A model generated the notes under the pieces. The model saw nothing but the letters and a program-made list of their open reading frames with translations, made no database searches and had not been told where the DNA came from. A stretch of DNA of 64,000 nucleotides, from assembly GCF_006345805.1 (NCBI RefSeq), contig NC_043010.1, positions 22,816,001 through 22,880,000 on the forward strand, read 5' to 3'. Positions 53,084-64,000 of the stretch are shown here, piece after piece. The translations under genes were made by a program, and so were the position numbers. Source of the DNA: Octopus sinensis (taxonomy: Eukaryota). The first letter of the stretch is position 1. Each line of letters begins with the position of its first letter.

Positions 53084-53155
53084 ACTAATACAATTGTTCG
53101 TTTGTTTTCCACCTGCCTTCGTCTTTTGTTTATTTTCATAAAGCTTCCCGTTATA
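53084..53155 (+). mobile_element. Penelope pLTR-type tail
   Basis: ATACTAATACAATTGTTCGTTTGTTTTCCACCTGCCTTCGTCTTTTGTTTATTTTCATAAAGCTTCCCGTT matches 58577-58645 essentially exactly. Confidence 0.75.
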
Positions 53156-53196
53156 TATATATACACATATATTTGCATACATACAGACACACACAC

Positions 53197-53229
<33 letters not shown>

Positions 53230-54654
53230 TATTATATTATATTATATTGTATATACACACATGCTCTCATATACAGGCATATATTGATTAGAACACCAAT
53301 TATTCAACCAAGCGCTGTTTACAAATCGAATATAATTTTAAAAGAGAATAAATAAGAAACAAAGAAAAAATGACAAAACTCTTACATCACAGAAACCATT
53401 TTGAAAATTTAATATTGTCTACTTCTTGCTGCTGCTGCTGCTGTAGTTGCTGTTTCTCCGCCTACTCCACCCTCACGTCTGGTCTGTTCTGTACGAGGAA
53501 ATTCATGAGCTAAGGCAACCTGTTTCATCAATGCACGGCTTGTAATGGATTATGGCCATCGACTGTTTTTTTAAAGACATTAGCTTAGGATTTGAAGGAT
53601 GTTTGTCTTGTAAAGTAACGTAGGTTGAGGATACGTGTTGAGACAACGTCGTTTGTTCATTTTTACATTTTATCGAAAAATATTGATAGTGTGGTTTGAG
53701 AAGAGATAGAAAGAGGTAGAGAAAGAGAAAGAGAAGGTGGGAGAGAGAGAGAGAGAGACAAAGAGAAAAAGGGGGAGATTTGGTAGCTGTTTCTTGAAAA
53801 ATTGAGCGATCACATAATGATCCTATTTTCACCAGTGTTTTCATTTTAAAGGAATTTTGGTATAGCTTGAGGAAATTTTGGACACCATTTCTCGTAGGCC
53901 TAATGCAGGTATCGGAGAACTTTCTTAACCAATTACCTCCAAAATATATTTATTTACTCCGGCGTTACCCCCTTGATTTGAAAGGAAGAAAATCATAGAT
54001 TCTTTGAATCAAAAAGGTTTATTGCATCTACATTGGTCAGATTCAGTGTTGCCAGAACAAGGATATAATTTCACTTATATCAAATGAATTCTCATTATCC
54101 AATCTGAGGATCCCTCGCTGTCTGACATCTTTCAGTCTGTGATGCATGCGTTTCGGAAGTAACCAAGATACCCCTGTATTTCGGGAGCCTCTACATCAAT
54201 CCTGAGATGACGTTATTGCAATATAAAATGTATTGACTTCTTACATATGTTTATTAATATATATCAACGAAACAAAACGTAATAGAAGGCCTTAAAACAT
54301 TCGGACGATACAAAGGCGGACACGAGAAACAACAATTAGAAGGACAGACAAAAATAGACTGGTCATTCTTGGCTATCTTTCTTCAGACAAGTACCAGAAG
54401 TCACGACAATTTCGGACAGTTACACTTGAGATGGTTCGATCTGGTTGTCCCCCAAAAATTCTAAGCTAAGAGAATTAGACCCCTTTATAAGAAAGCTCGC
54501 GAATGTGTACGGCAACAAAGAAAAGATCGCAAAAAAAAAAAAACCGAGAACATGGTACAGGATTACTGATTCAAACAACAAGAAATAACAACACGCGTCT
54601 TTCGACTGAGAACGATTCAAATAGAGCTGGCGTGTATGGAGTGAAAGCCTATCC

Positions 54655-54840
54655 TCCTCCTCCTCCTCATCATCATCATCATCGTCATCATCATCGTCAT
54701 CATCTTAATCATCATCGTTGTCATCATCGTCATCATCGTCATCTTCCTCATTATCATCGTAATCATCATCGTCGTTATCATCCTCATCATCATCATCATC
54801 ATCGTCATCGTCATCATCATCATCATCATCATCATCAACG
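54655..54840. repeat. (CAT/CGT)n trinucleotide repeat
   Basis: Direct reading. Confidence 0.95.
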
Positions 54841-54989
54841 TCGTCACCTATTGAAAATTTTGCTCCCTTCGATTGTGCCGTACACAAATTGGTCCCCATT
54901 CCGCCAGACGCTGCTTACTTTATGTGTGACAATAGCGTTCTGATTACCAATTACGAACTGCTTCAAACACGTTGATATTACCATTCCTT

Positions 54990-55190
54990 AAGTCGGCGAA
55001 ATGTCAAGATCGTTAGCATGCCGGGCTAATAAAGCATAACGGAATTTCGTCCGTCTTTACGTTCTGAGTTCAAATTCCGCCGAAGTCGACTTTGTCTCTC
55101 ATCCTTTCGAAGGTGGATAAAATAAGTACCAGTTGCGTACTGGGTGTCGATGCAAACGACTTTCTCCCTGTCCAGAAAGTGCTGGACTTA
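54990..55190 (+). mobile_element. SINE family B copy
   Basis: Family B core. Confidence 0.8.
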
Positions 55191-55609
55191 CACTAAAATG
55201 CTGCTGTGCCTTTTCTTTCTCATGATGAAATGGTGAAGGTCTGGAAACGTTGACGAACTATGACAGAAAGTTTTAGGGGAAAAGCTGTTTGCACACGGAA
55301 GTAGACACACACATACATGCACACACATACATACATGCACACACATACATACATGCACACACACACATACGCACGCATACGCACAGACACACACACACGC
55401 ACGCACCCGCACAGATATACATACATGCACATACACGCATGCATACACACACACACGTACACACACGCGCGCGCACAGATACACATACATGCACACACAC
55501 ACGTACACACACAGGCACATACATACATGCACACACACGCTTGTACACACACAGGCACGCACGCACACACACATGGAAAGGATCGAGTATTTTTAACCAA
55601 AAACTTGGT

Positions 55610-55790
55610 TGGCTGGTTGGCTGGCTGAATGGTTGGTTGGCTGGTTGGTTGGTTGGTTGGTTGGTTGGCTGGCTGGTTGGTTGGCTGGCTGGTTGGTTGG
55701 CTGGCTGGTTGGTTGGTTGGCTGGTTGGTTGGTTTGTTTGTTTGTTGGTTGGTTGGCTGGTTGGCTGGTTGGTTGGTTGGTTGGTTGGTT
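55610..55790. repeat. (GGTT/GGCT)n tetranucleotide repeat
   Basis: Direct reading. Confidence 0.95.
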
Positions 55791-56115
55791 AGTTGATTGC
55801 TCGAATACAACTTGCCTTTGCCTGCCTTCCAGTCCGTCTGCTTGTCTGCCTGTCAGCCCGTCTGTCGGTCTGCTTGTCTGTCTGCCTGCATGTCTGTCTG
55901 TTTGTTCATCCGTCTGTCTCCCAGAAACTCTGTCTGTCCATCTGTCCGCCTGGATGTCTGTCTGTCAGTCTCTGTTCCTTGTAAATTCTTCAGAGCATCA
56001 ATCCGTCCGCGACTGTGGAACGGTAATTACAGTTTAACACCCGAAGCAGAAGTCGCTGAATGAAAACCCGTTAACCAAAGCGGAAGAGGAAACGTCATTA
56101 GGATATCTATGGGGC

Positions 56116-56290
56116 TACCACCACCACCACCACCACCACCACCACCACCACCACCTTCAACACCACCACCACCACCACCACCACCTTCAACACCACCACC
56201 ACCACCACCACCACCTTCAACACCACCACCACTACCGCCGCCGCCGCCGCCGCCACCACCACCACCACCACCACCACCACCACCATTACC
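56116..56290. repeat. (CCA)n repeat with a 30-bp higher-order unit occurring three times
   Basis: CCTTCAACA interruption recurs every 30 bp. Confidence 0.9.
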
Positions 56291-56917
56291 ACTGCTACTT
56301 ACGAATTTGGTAGCTTTTCAAAAAAGAGGGAAAGAGAAGGAGTGAAAAGAGAGAAAAGATGTAAAAGATGCAAAGAGAAATATCTGTGTGTGTGGGGGGA
56401 GAGTGCATATATATATATATATATGTATATATATATGTATGTATCTATGTAAAATTCTATATATTTATGTGGCTACATATATGTACATATATGTGTGCGT
56501 GTGTACAAACACACACATGTACATACATACATGCACACACAGACATATATATGTATGTATTAGAGAGAGTTTTGTTTGAGAAGGCGGTATGGGAGAGGAA
56601 AAGCAAAACAAACAAACAACACAATGCAAAGGTCTTCTGGGAAGCAATTAGTCACGAAAATTCCAGTATACCCGTTTTTTTTAAAGAAAACGAATACGAG
56701 AGAGAGAAAGAGGGGGGGGCGAATACAGAGAGAAAGACACACACACAAGCACGTACACACGCACATACACACACACACAGACAAAAACACAAAACCTCGA
56801 CAATTCTCACCGGAACTAATTACTGGACAGATGTGTTTTGAAATACAGGATTCTATTTACGCACATTTGTATTCACTAACAAGACATAGATACGTACATA
56901 CAATGCAATGCATGCAT

Positions 56918-56952
<35 letters not shown>

Positions 56953-57094
56953 TGTATATATCTATATGTTTGTGTATACGTATATGTTTGTGTATACGTA
57001 TATATGTTTGTTTATATATTTGTGGATATTTATAAACCTATCTATATGTGTGCACAAATGTTTGCAGGACTCTCTCTTAATAAAAAGGTTCCAA

Positions 57095-57295
57095 TTTCTG
57101 GGAGAAGGTCAACAATTTCGTGGGAGTGTGAAAGTCGGTTATATTGACCCCCAGTGCTCAACTGGTACTTATTTTATCGATTCCAACAGTATGAGAGGCA
57201 CAGTCGACTACGCCGGCATTTGAACTTAGAACATAAACTCGGAAGATATTCTACTCAGCATTTTGTCCGGCGCAGTGACAGTTTTGTCATTTCGC
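57095..57295 (-). mobile_element. SINE family B copy
   Basis: Family B core, reverse complemented. Confidence 0.75.
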
Positions 57296-57305
57296 CGCCT
57301 TCTCT

Positions 57306-57666
57306 ATTACTACATCGGCGTTAGTGTAGCAGAGCTATTGTTTTTAGTCGTGTTTGTTTGTCTGAACAAGATATCCCAAGAAACGTTGGATGGATTTGGA
57401 TGAAACATTTCAGGGATGTTTGGCCTTGTGACTGGCACGAATTGATTAGATTTTGGGATCGATCCGGTACCGGACAAGGATTCTGGATTATTTTTCCTGT
57501 TTCTTTGCTTACTTTTTGAGCATGGTTGGGTTCATTTTTAGTATTCTCATTTGTGAGAGCAGTCGAGTTTGAGACATTCTCATTTTAAAAATCATCTCTG
57601 GCTAATCGTTGAGAGGACATTGGTGTTGCCTTGGTGGAGGTTTGCACTCTCTGAGTGCTCTTGTTT
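57306..57666 (+). mobile_element. Helentron-associated non-autonomous element (HINE/DINE-like)
   Basis: 3' end GCCTTGGTGGAGGTTTGCACTC-TCT-GAGTGC-TCTTGTTT (subterminal motif plus hairpin). 5' CTACA..TGTAG hairpin followed by a TTGTTT/GTCTG tract. Confidence 0.55.
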
Positions 57667-57679
57667 ATATATATTTTGG

Positions 57680-57895
57680 ATTCAAATTTTTGAGAAGGAC
57701 AGCAATTTTGAGAGAAGGAGAGCAATGATGGAGTAAGTCGTTTAATATGAACACCTATGCACTACTGGTATTTTATCGACTCTAAAAGGATTTTAAACGA
57801 AGTCGACTCCGGCGGCATTTGTACCCAGAATATAAAGTCGGAAGAAACACCGTAAAGTATTATGTTTAGCGTGGTAACGATTGTGCCAGCTCACC
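57680..57895 (-). mobile_element. SINE family B copy, diverged
   Basis: GTCGACTCCGGCGGCATTTGTACCCAGAA core. Confidence 0.65.
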
Positions 57896-58454
57896 ATGTT
57901 AATTATTTCAGTCACTGGATTGTGACCAAGCTGGAACACCGTTAAAATTTAATTCCTTTCAATCTTGTTGTTGGCTGATGGATAGAATTCGGTCTCTGAT
58001 TCTGTTTGAAGTAGATGATCTTCCCTGAGCGTATCCTTGAATGGTTGGCTGGTCCAGCATAAATCTTTTTTTTTGCATCTGTTTCAGTACAGGTCTCTTT
58101 TATATTTCTAATTTGTTTGTGCAGGCAGTTGAACACTTGAAGACCTCTGAATATTAGATTGGCACAATAGAGTGTTTTTTTACTGTGATTTCGAAAGTAT
58201 CAAATTTGAAAGCTGACACTATCTCTCAGTTCGTGCATTGGCGTTCTCTCTCATGCCGAAGCTTGGAACACGCCACTCTAGGATTTTCCATACGTATAAC
58301 CCTATACATACACACATCCAGACCCCTCCCACGCACTATTAGCTGGTCCCTCAACCCTTTTATCAACCCAATTATCTCCCCTTATTTCGCTCTCGCGTCT
58401 CATGTTTGATCTTTGACCTCTGGCCGAAATCAGATCGCCATGTTGATTCGTTAG

Positions 58455-58645
58455 CTACTGCACGCATTTTTTTTCTCTCCTTCTTTCTGTGTTTTTCTCT
58501 CTCTGTGTATCTTTCTGTTGAAGAGCGTAGGCTCGAAACGTTAAAGACTTGTTTTATTTATATTTCCTGAGCGCCATACTAATACAATTGTTCGTTTGTT
58601 TTCCACCTGCCTTCGTCTTTTGTTTATTTTCATAAAGCTTCCCGT
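58455..58645 (+). mobile_element. Penelope pLTR-type short element with an HHR-like motif at 58515-58543
   Basis: UCUUU-CUGUUGA-A-GAGC(GUAG)GCUC-GAAA-CGUU-AAAGA, with a 5-bp stem I. Confidence 0.7.
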
Positions 58646-58665
58646 TATATGATAGTATATATATA

Positions 58666-59012
58666 GGCGCAGGAGTGGCTGTGTGGTAAGAAGCTTGCTT
58701 CCCATCCACTTGGTTCTACGTTTAGTCCCACTGCGTGGCACCTTGGGCAAGTGCCTTCTACTATAGCCTCCGGCCGACCAAATCCTTGTGAGTGGATATG
58801 GTAGAGGGAAACTGAAAGAAGCCCGTTGTATTTATATATATATATATGTATGCGTTTGTTGTTTGTGTCTGTGTTTATGTCCCGGCAAAAACAACCCGAC
58901 AGAATAAGTACTAGGCTTACAAAGAATAAGTCCTAGGGTCGATTTATTCGACTAAAAGGTGGTGCTCCAGCATGGCTACAGTCAAATGAGTGAAACAAAT
59001 AAAAGAGTAAAG
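58666..59012 (+). mobile_element. SINE family A copy, full length
   Basis: Head through tail present. Confidence 0.88.
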
Positions 59013-59229
59013 AGTTTATATATATCAACGAAAAATTCCTGTGAAATCCACGAAAGCAGAATCAGTAAATCCAGTGGTAATCCGGGTGGAGTACTGGTAT
59101 GTGGACGAGGAGAGGTGCTGAAATTTCGGGAAGTGGTTTAGAAATACAAGTGCACAGGGTAGGCATTTCAGTAAAGATCAAACTGGGGTAACCACGTTAG
59201 CGTTGAAATTTATAGAATTGAAATCTACA

Positions 59230-59445
59230 AGTTTTCTTATTCTCTCTCTGTTTATTTTCTTTGATCTCTTCTGTGTAATTAAGGTTTTGACCGAAGTTAT
59301 TTTACTGTTGAACATACTTTGTAATCCTCCAATTTCTTCTACCAGACCGGATGAGTTTGGAGACCGAAGATGTGAGCAGTAATCTAATCTGCTCAGGGCT
59401 GAGGTTTTCCATAGAGTCAGCATAACCATCGCTTCTCTTGTCACG
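59230..59445 (-). mobile_element. CR1 RT C-terminal fragment
   Basis: MLTLWKTSALSRLDYCSHLRSP resembles LVLSHFDYCSQLWSP of the 4376 ORF. Confidence 0.7.
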
Positions 59446-59499
59446 AATGTTGCATCCTATGAGATGTCTGTATATAGAAGTCAGTTAGATGATTATTAG

Positions 59500-59758
59500 T
59501 AAATAATTTTTGCGCCCTTTTTAAAGCCTAGCCAGGATCATGGGCCTGGCTTCCCGGTTTCTATGGCGTATGTGTTACCCAGCTGGACGGGACGCCAGTC
59601 CATCGCAGCGTTTCTCATTTTTGCCAGCTGAGTGGACTGGAGCAACGTGAAATTAAGTGTTTTGCTCAAGAACACAACGCGTCACTCGGTCCAGGAATCG
59701 AAACCACAATCTTACAATCATGATGCTGACACCCTAACCACTAAGCCACGCGACTCCA
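59500..59758 (-). mobile_element. SINE family D (tRNA head with V/CORE-like central domain); partial copies at about 50015-50130 and 63000-63200
   Basis: Minus strand GTGGCTTAGTGGTTAGG..GGTTTCGATTCC..TGTGTTCTTGAGCAAAACACTTAA..CTGCGATGGACTGGCGTCCCGTCCAG. Confidence 0.75.
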
Positions 59759-59930
59759 AAGATGATTATTAGTATTACAATTTATTATTTTACGGAGATG
59801 TACTCGCATAGCAAGTGATTTGATCTGAGATCGTGTGCTGAAACGAAAACAATTGCAGCGTGGGAGGTGTTTGTAAGCCATTTAAGAAACACACAAAAGC
59901 CGTTCGATTCACTTCAACATTTAAGTTTAA

Positions 59931-59980
59931 TTTGTCAAAATATTTTCGTCGCTAAAATCCGCGACCTGTTCACTGACAAA
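59931..59980 (-). ncRNA. Minimal hammerhead-like fold with a G3-C8 core swap
   Basis: UUUGUCA-GUGAACA-G-GUCGC(GGAUUUUA)GCGAC-GAAA-AUAUUU-UGACAAA: perfect 7-bp stem I, 5-bp stem II and an AAUAUU palindrome. Confidence 0.6.
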
Positions 59981-60079
59981 AATCCGTGCTGGTTAATTTA
60001 TTATTTATTTTGTTGGTTATTATCTGTGTGTATATTGATATATACGTATATTTACACACAATGGACAGCTTCCAGTTCA

Positions 60080-60430
60080 CGTGCTTAAAGAGAACATCCG
60101 ACATTCAGAGGCAGCAATTAGACCGAAATGAGGTAAAAGAAACGACAAAAGGCATCAAGAGGATCAGTGACGCAGATATGTGAACTAGATCGGACAAGTC
60201 CTCAGACAAGATCGAGAAAGTGAATTTATGGTAGCACTAAAGTAGAGACCTGAGGCGAAAAGGGCAGCAGGGTACCCTAAAAACCACACGGCGAAGGACC
60301 ATTGACAAGGAAAGGAGAAGTGAAGGGTGGAGAAGCTGGAATGAAACATGAACAGCAGCAGAAAACAGTGCTGGCTGGAGAGCTCATGTTGCGGTCTTAT
60401 GTAGCTCATAGCACGAAGCGAAGTAACGAG
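60080..60430 (+). mobile_element. RTE-clade LINE 3' fragment
   Basis: Degenerate *IGQVLR..VALK*RPEAKRAAGYPK/TTRRRTI matches the RTE WIGHVLR..W.P.GKR..GRPKTTW motif. Confidence 0.7.
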
Positions 60431-60819
60431 CTAACTTATTTTTACATCATAAATACAGATACACACACAAAGCAACCCCACATGTATACGTAGATAAACA
60501 GGCATATATGTAGGTATGGAAGGACAGAAGATGACAAATTATTGAGTAATGTTTGCCACATGGATGCTAGACACTAAAGCTTGTAATTAACCAAGAACTT
60601 TTTATTAATTGAATTTACAAACACGGAACGGTTGATAATTCTGAAATATTAATTAAAATTATTTAAATTAAATTAAATTTAGAATTGTGTGTGGTTATTT
60701 TGTAGGTGTCTACAGGCATAACTTTTTGAAGAGGGCATTGTTTAAAGTATTACAAAAACATACACATGCATACACACACATGCACACACAAATAGAGATT
60801 GAGTCAAAGTGTGAGGGAG

Positions 60820-61158
60820 AACGGGTGGCACCTTGGGTGTCTTCTGATAAAACCTCGGGCCAACGAAAGCCTTGTGAGTGGATTGGCAGACGGAAACGGA
60901 ATCGTGTGTGTGTGCGTGTGTTTGTGTGTGTGTGAGTGTGTGTTTGTGTCTGTGTTTGTTCCTCACCAAAGCTTGACAACTGGTGTCTGTTTGTTTATAC
61001 CTCCGTAACTTAGTCGTCCGTCAAACTAGACCGATATAATGAGTACTAGGCGTTAAAAAATAATTACTGGGGTCGATTCTTTTGACTAAAAATTCTTGAA
61101 AGTGGTGCCACAATATGGCCACAGTCTAATGACTGAAACAAGTAAAAAATAAAAGATA
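60820..61158 (+). mobile_element. SINE family A copy
   Basis: GTGGCACCTTGG through GACTGAAACAAGTAAAAA. Confidence 0.8.
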
Positions 61159-61379
61159 CATACACACATACATACAAACATACACACATACATATATATA
61201 TGCATACACATGCACACTCATACATACAAGCATACATACATGCATAAATACATAAATACGTAAATACATACATACATACATACATACATACATACATACA
61301 TACATACATACATACATACATACATAGATTTGGTCGGGAGAAATGTTGCTATATGGTTGGAAAAAGAGGGACAACAATA

Positions 61380-62275
61380 AACCAGACTAGCAACATCTCC
61401 ATCAATGATTTAGCTATTTCCCTTAAATCTGAAAGGAATGTTACAGGTGTTTGGGGGTGGATGAAAACATATCATACAATGGCACACTTAACAAAACACG
61501 TGTCACTAAAGAATATTACAACCGAATAAAGTAAATTTGGACATCGTTACTCTCTGTACTCTGTAAAATAGTGGCCCACAGTATGATTAAGGTACCAGTA
61601 CTCATTGCAACATTTGGGCTGCTTCATTAGACGCTCGAGGAGATCCGAACCATTGACGTGAAAACCCGAAAAAATACAAGCAAGCATACATAATTTCCAC
61701 ATCAGTAGTGATGTAGACCGCCTCTGTCTAAAACGAAAACAAGGCGGCAGAGTATTAACACCGATCCAAAATGTCTTTAAATGCCGTATCATATCCCTTC
61801 GGTTGCATCTTTTAACCACCATGTGTCGAAGTGCATCCTTTGACTAAGTTTACATGCATGAAGTTGATGACGTCATAACACTTGGAAGGCAGCTCCTTGA
61901 GTAGTATTCCTTGTCTTATAACCTTAAATACAAGTCCAAAGAAGTCGCACGACTTTACTACACCTTATCATGATGATCGTATATAGATAAGCGTATATGG
62001 GTTGAAGATTATGCATGGATATGTTAGTAGAAAGCTCTGAGATAATAGTAACATTGATCATCAAAGCAGTCTGTCGTGGACCAACCACCGGATTACTATC
62101 TTCTGTTTTGAAGTGTATGCATTTGCAACCCAAGAACAGGAAATATCAATGATGCACAAAAGGTACAGAGATGCAGGAAAAACAGCAAAATGTGAGAGAA
62201 CCAAACCACATACCGCAGCGTATCGTGTAGCTTACGCATGAACTGTTGACTGACCGGAGATAAGAGGTCTGAAAA
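61380..62275 (+). mobile_element. Old R4/Dong-like LINE fossil
   Basis: Manual translation gives LEEIRTIDVKTRK, NFHISSDVDRLCLKRKQGGRVL and YAFATQEQEI, homologous to the 45311 element. Confidence 0.7.
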
Positions 62276-62441
62276 ACAGAGGCAGTAGCGGGAATGGGGC
62301 AATGTGAATTGTGCGTTGTAGTTGATACTTTCTTTCTTTATCCCCCTCTCCCTCTCTCTCTCTCTCTATTATGTCACTCTTATTCATAATATATACATTA
62401 ACATTATATACACCCCCACACAAATATTTCTGTATGTAAGC

Positions 62442-62578
<137 letters not shown>

Positions 62579-62623
62579 TATATAAATCTATATATATATA
62601 TATATATCTCTATATATAAAACG

Positions 62624-62660
<37 letters not shown>

Positions 62661-62721
62661 ATGTATGTATATATACATATATATATGTGTGCGTATTTAT
62701 ATACATACATACATACATAGA

Positions 62722-62885
62722 GGGCGAGCGTGGCTCTGTGGTAAGGTGTTTGCTTTCCAACCGTATAAATTTGGATTCAGTTCTACTGCGTGGCATCTTG
62801 GGCGTGTCTTCTGCTGTAGTCTCGAGCCAACCAAACCCTGATGAGTGGAATTAGAAGACGGAAAATAAAAAACGCCTGTCGTATA
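62722..62885 (+). mobile_element. SINE family A 5' half
   Basis: Diverged family A head. Confidence 0.7.
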
Positions 62886-63438
62886 TATAAACGGTAAATG
62901 GGTAGAAACCCCATCCGGCCATAAATGACCTAGAAAGTTACTCTGCAAGGCACAAGTCCGAGCTAGGTTGCCTATGGAAGGCCAGCAATCATCCATGCAT
63001 ACCAGCTTTCCTTCCCCACGCCACCGTTGAAAGGCAAAGACTGATACAGCTTGGCACCATTCACATTGTCACACATTTCTACAGCCGAACAAACTGGAGC
63101 AACTTGAAATAAAGTGCTTTGTTCAGGAACACAACACACAAATTGGCCTGGGAATCGAGCTCACTGCCTTAGGATTGTGATCCTTATGCTCAAACCAGCG
63201 ACAATTTTTACATTCAAATGACCGAAAAATGATGAGCTAACCTCAAGCAGAGTCGATCCCACAACTCAACGCTTACATGGTCAAACGCTCACCCATCAAT
63301 TTAGTTAATGTATACTTAAAGTATCTAATACTACATATAATATTTATAAATAAACCTGAAAGGCTTTGCAAGTTACGGAGAGAAAGCTACTATGGAAGAC
63401 TCATAGTATAATAATAACTATATAATAATAAAAATAAA

Positions 63439-63523
<85 letters not shown>

Positions 63524-63526
<3 letters not shown>

Positions 63527-63675
63527 GACCAGAAGAAAATTCTAACTGGGCCCCACCTTGATACATCAACATGTCGTGCACATACGCTTGTGATGCATGT
63601 GCCTGGTGTACCCTTATCAGGCGGGTAGTCATGGTGGGTATACTAGGCTTCGTATATTTTACCCCAGTGTCACTC
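63524..63675 (+). mobile_element. Short retroelement 3' end embedded in (AAT)n
   Basis: Unique 152-bp segment with (AAT)n on both sides. Clade assignment is uncertain. Confidence 0.5.
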
Positions 63676-63789
63676 AATAATAATAATAATAATATGATAA
63701 TAACTATATACTATAATAATATTGTTATATAATTATATACATATATATATGGTTGAAATTTATATAATATACATACATACATACATACA

Positions 63790-63835
<46 letters not shown>

Positions 63836-63837
63836 CA

Positions 63838-64000
63838 TGGCGCAGGAGTGGCTGTGTGGTAAGTAGCTTGTTTACCAACGACATGGTTCCGGGTTCAGTC
63901 CCACTACGTGGCACCTTGGGCAAGTGTCTTCTACTATAGCCTCGGGCCGACCAAAGCCTTGTGAGTGGATTTGGTAGACGGAAACTGAAAGAAGCCCGTC
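63838..64000 (+). mobile_element. SINE family A copy, cut by the window end
   Basis: Near-consensus head GGCGCAGGAGTGGCTGTGTGGTAAGTAGCTTG...GAAAGAAGCCCGTC. Confidence 0.9.

Noticed and set aside
53850-54260. Very old CR1 remnant on the minus strand
   Set aside because: Only isolated motif-like words (WIMR) are present, which is insufficient by eye.
56107-56345. Extensin/formin-like poly-proline ORF
   Set aside because: It is a pure (CCA)n repeat with a 30-bp slippage unit, with no flanking coding signal or convincing splice sites.
57940-58200. Penelope GIY-YIG remnant on the minus strand (TETDAKKKIYAG)
   Set aside because: Suggestive but too degenerate to support without an alignment.

Overview
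Eukaryotic, AT-rich, microsatellite-saturated DNA that is probably intergenic or intronic. The SINE repertoire looks like that of Octopus, which is recognition from memory and not a database result. I found no recognisable host protein gene, rRNA, intact tRNA or CRISPR array, and most long ORFs in the track are microsatellite read-throughs. The window holds decayed mobile elements: a Tx1/L1-clade LINE (1-3400) next to a near full-length CR1-type LINE (3497-7800), a Penelope-like element (37049-41740), several R4/Dong-like REL-endonuclease LINE pieces embedded in (AAT)n, piggyBac, mariner, RTE and CR1 fossils, MITEs, a Helentron-like element and four SINE families. The strongest unexplained signal is at the RNA level: about a dozen hammerhead-ribozyme (HHR)-like motifs in Penelope pseudo-LTR (pLTR) type sequence. 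These include a tandem pair sharing a palindromic stem III (8383-8577), a 160-nt near-perfect palindrome with an HHR fold on each strand (52811-52970), a three-copy family with a shared A6U core change, a five-unit tandem array of HHR cores (34028-34183), and a complete fold with a G3-C8 swap of the conserved C3-G8 pair (59931-59980). All ribozyme calls are by-eye folds and are untested. Element boundaries are approximate unless exact junctions are quoted.
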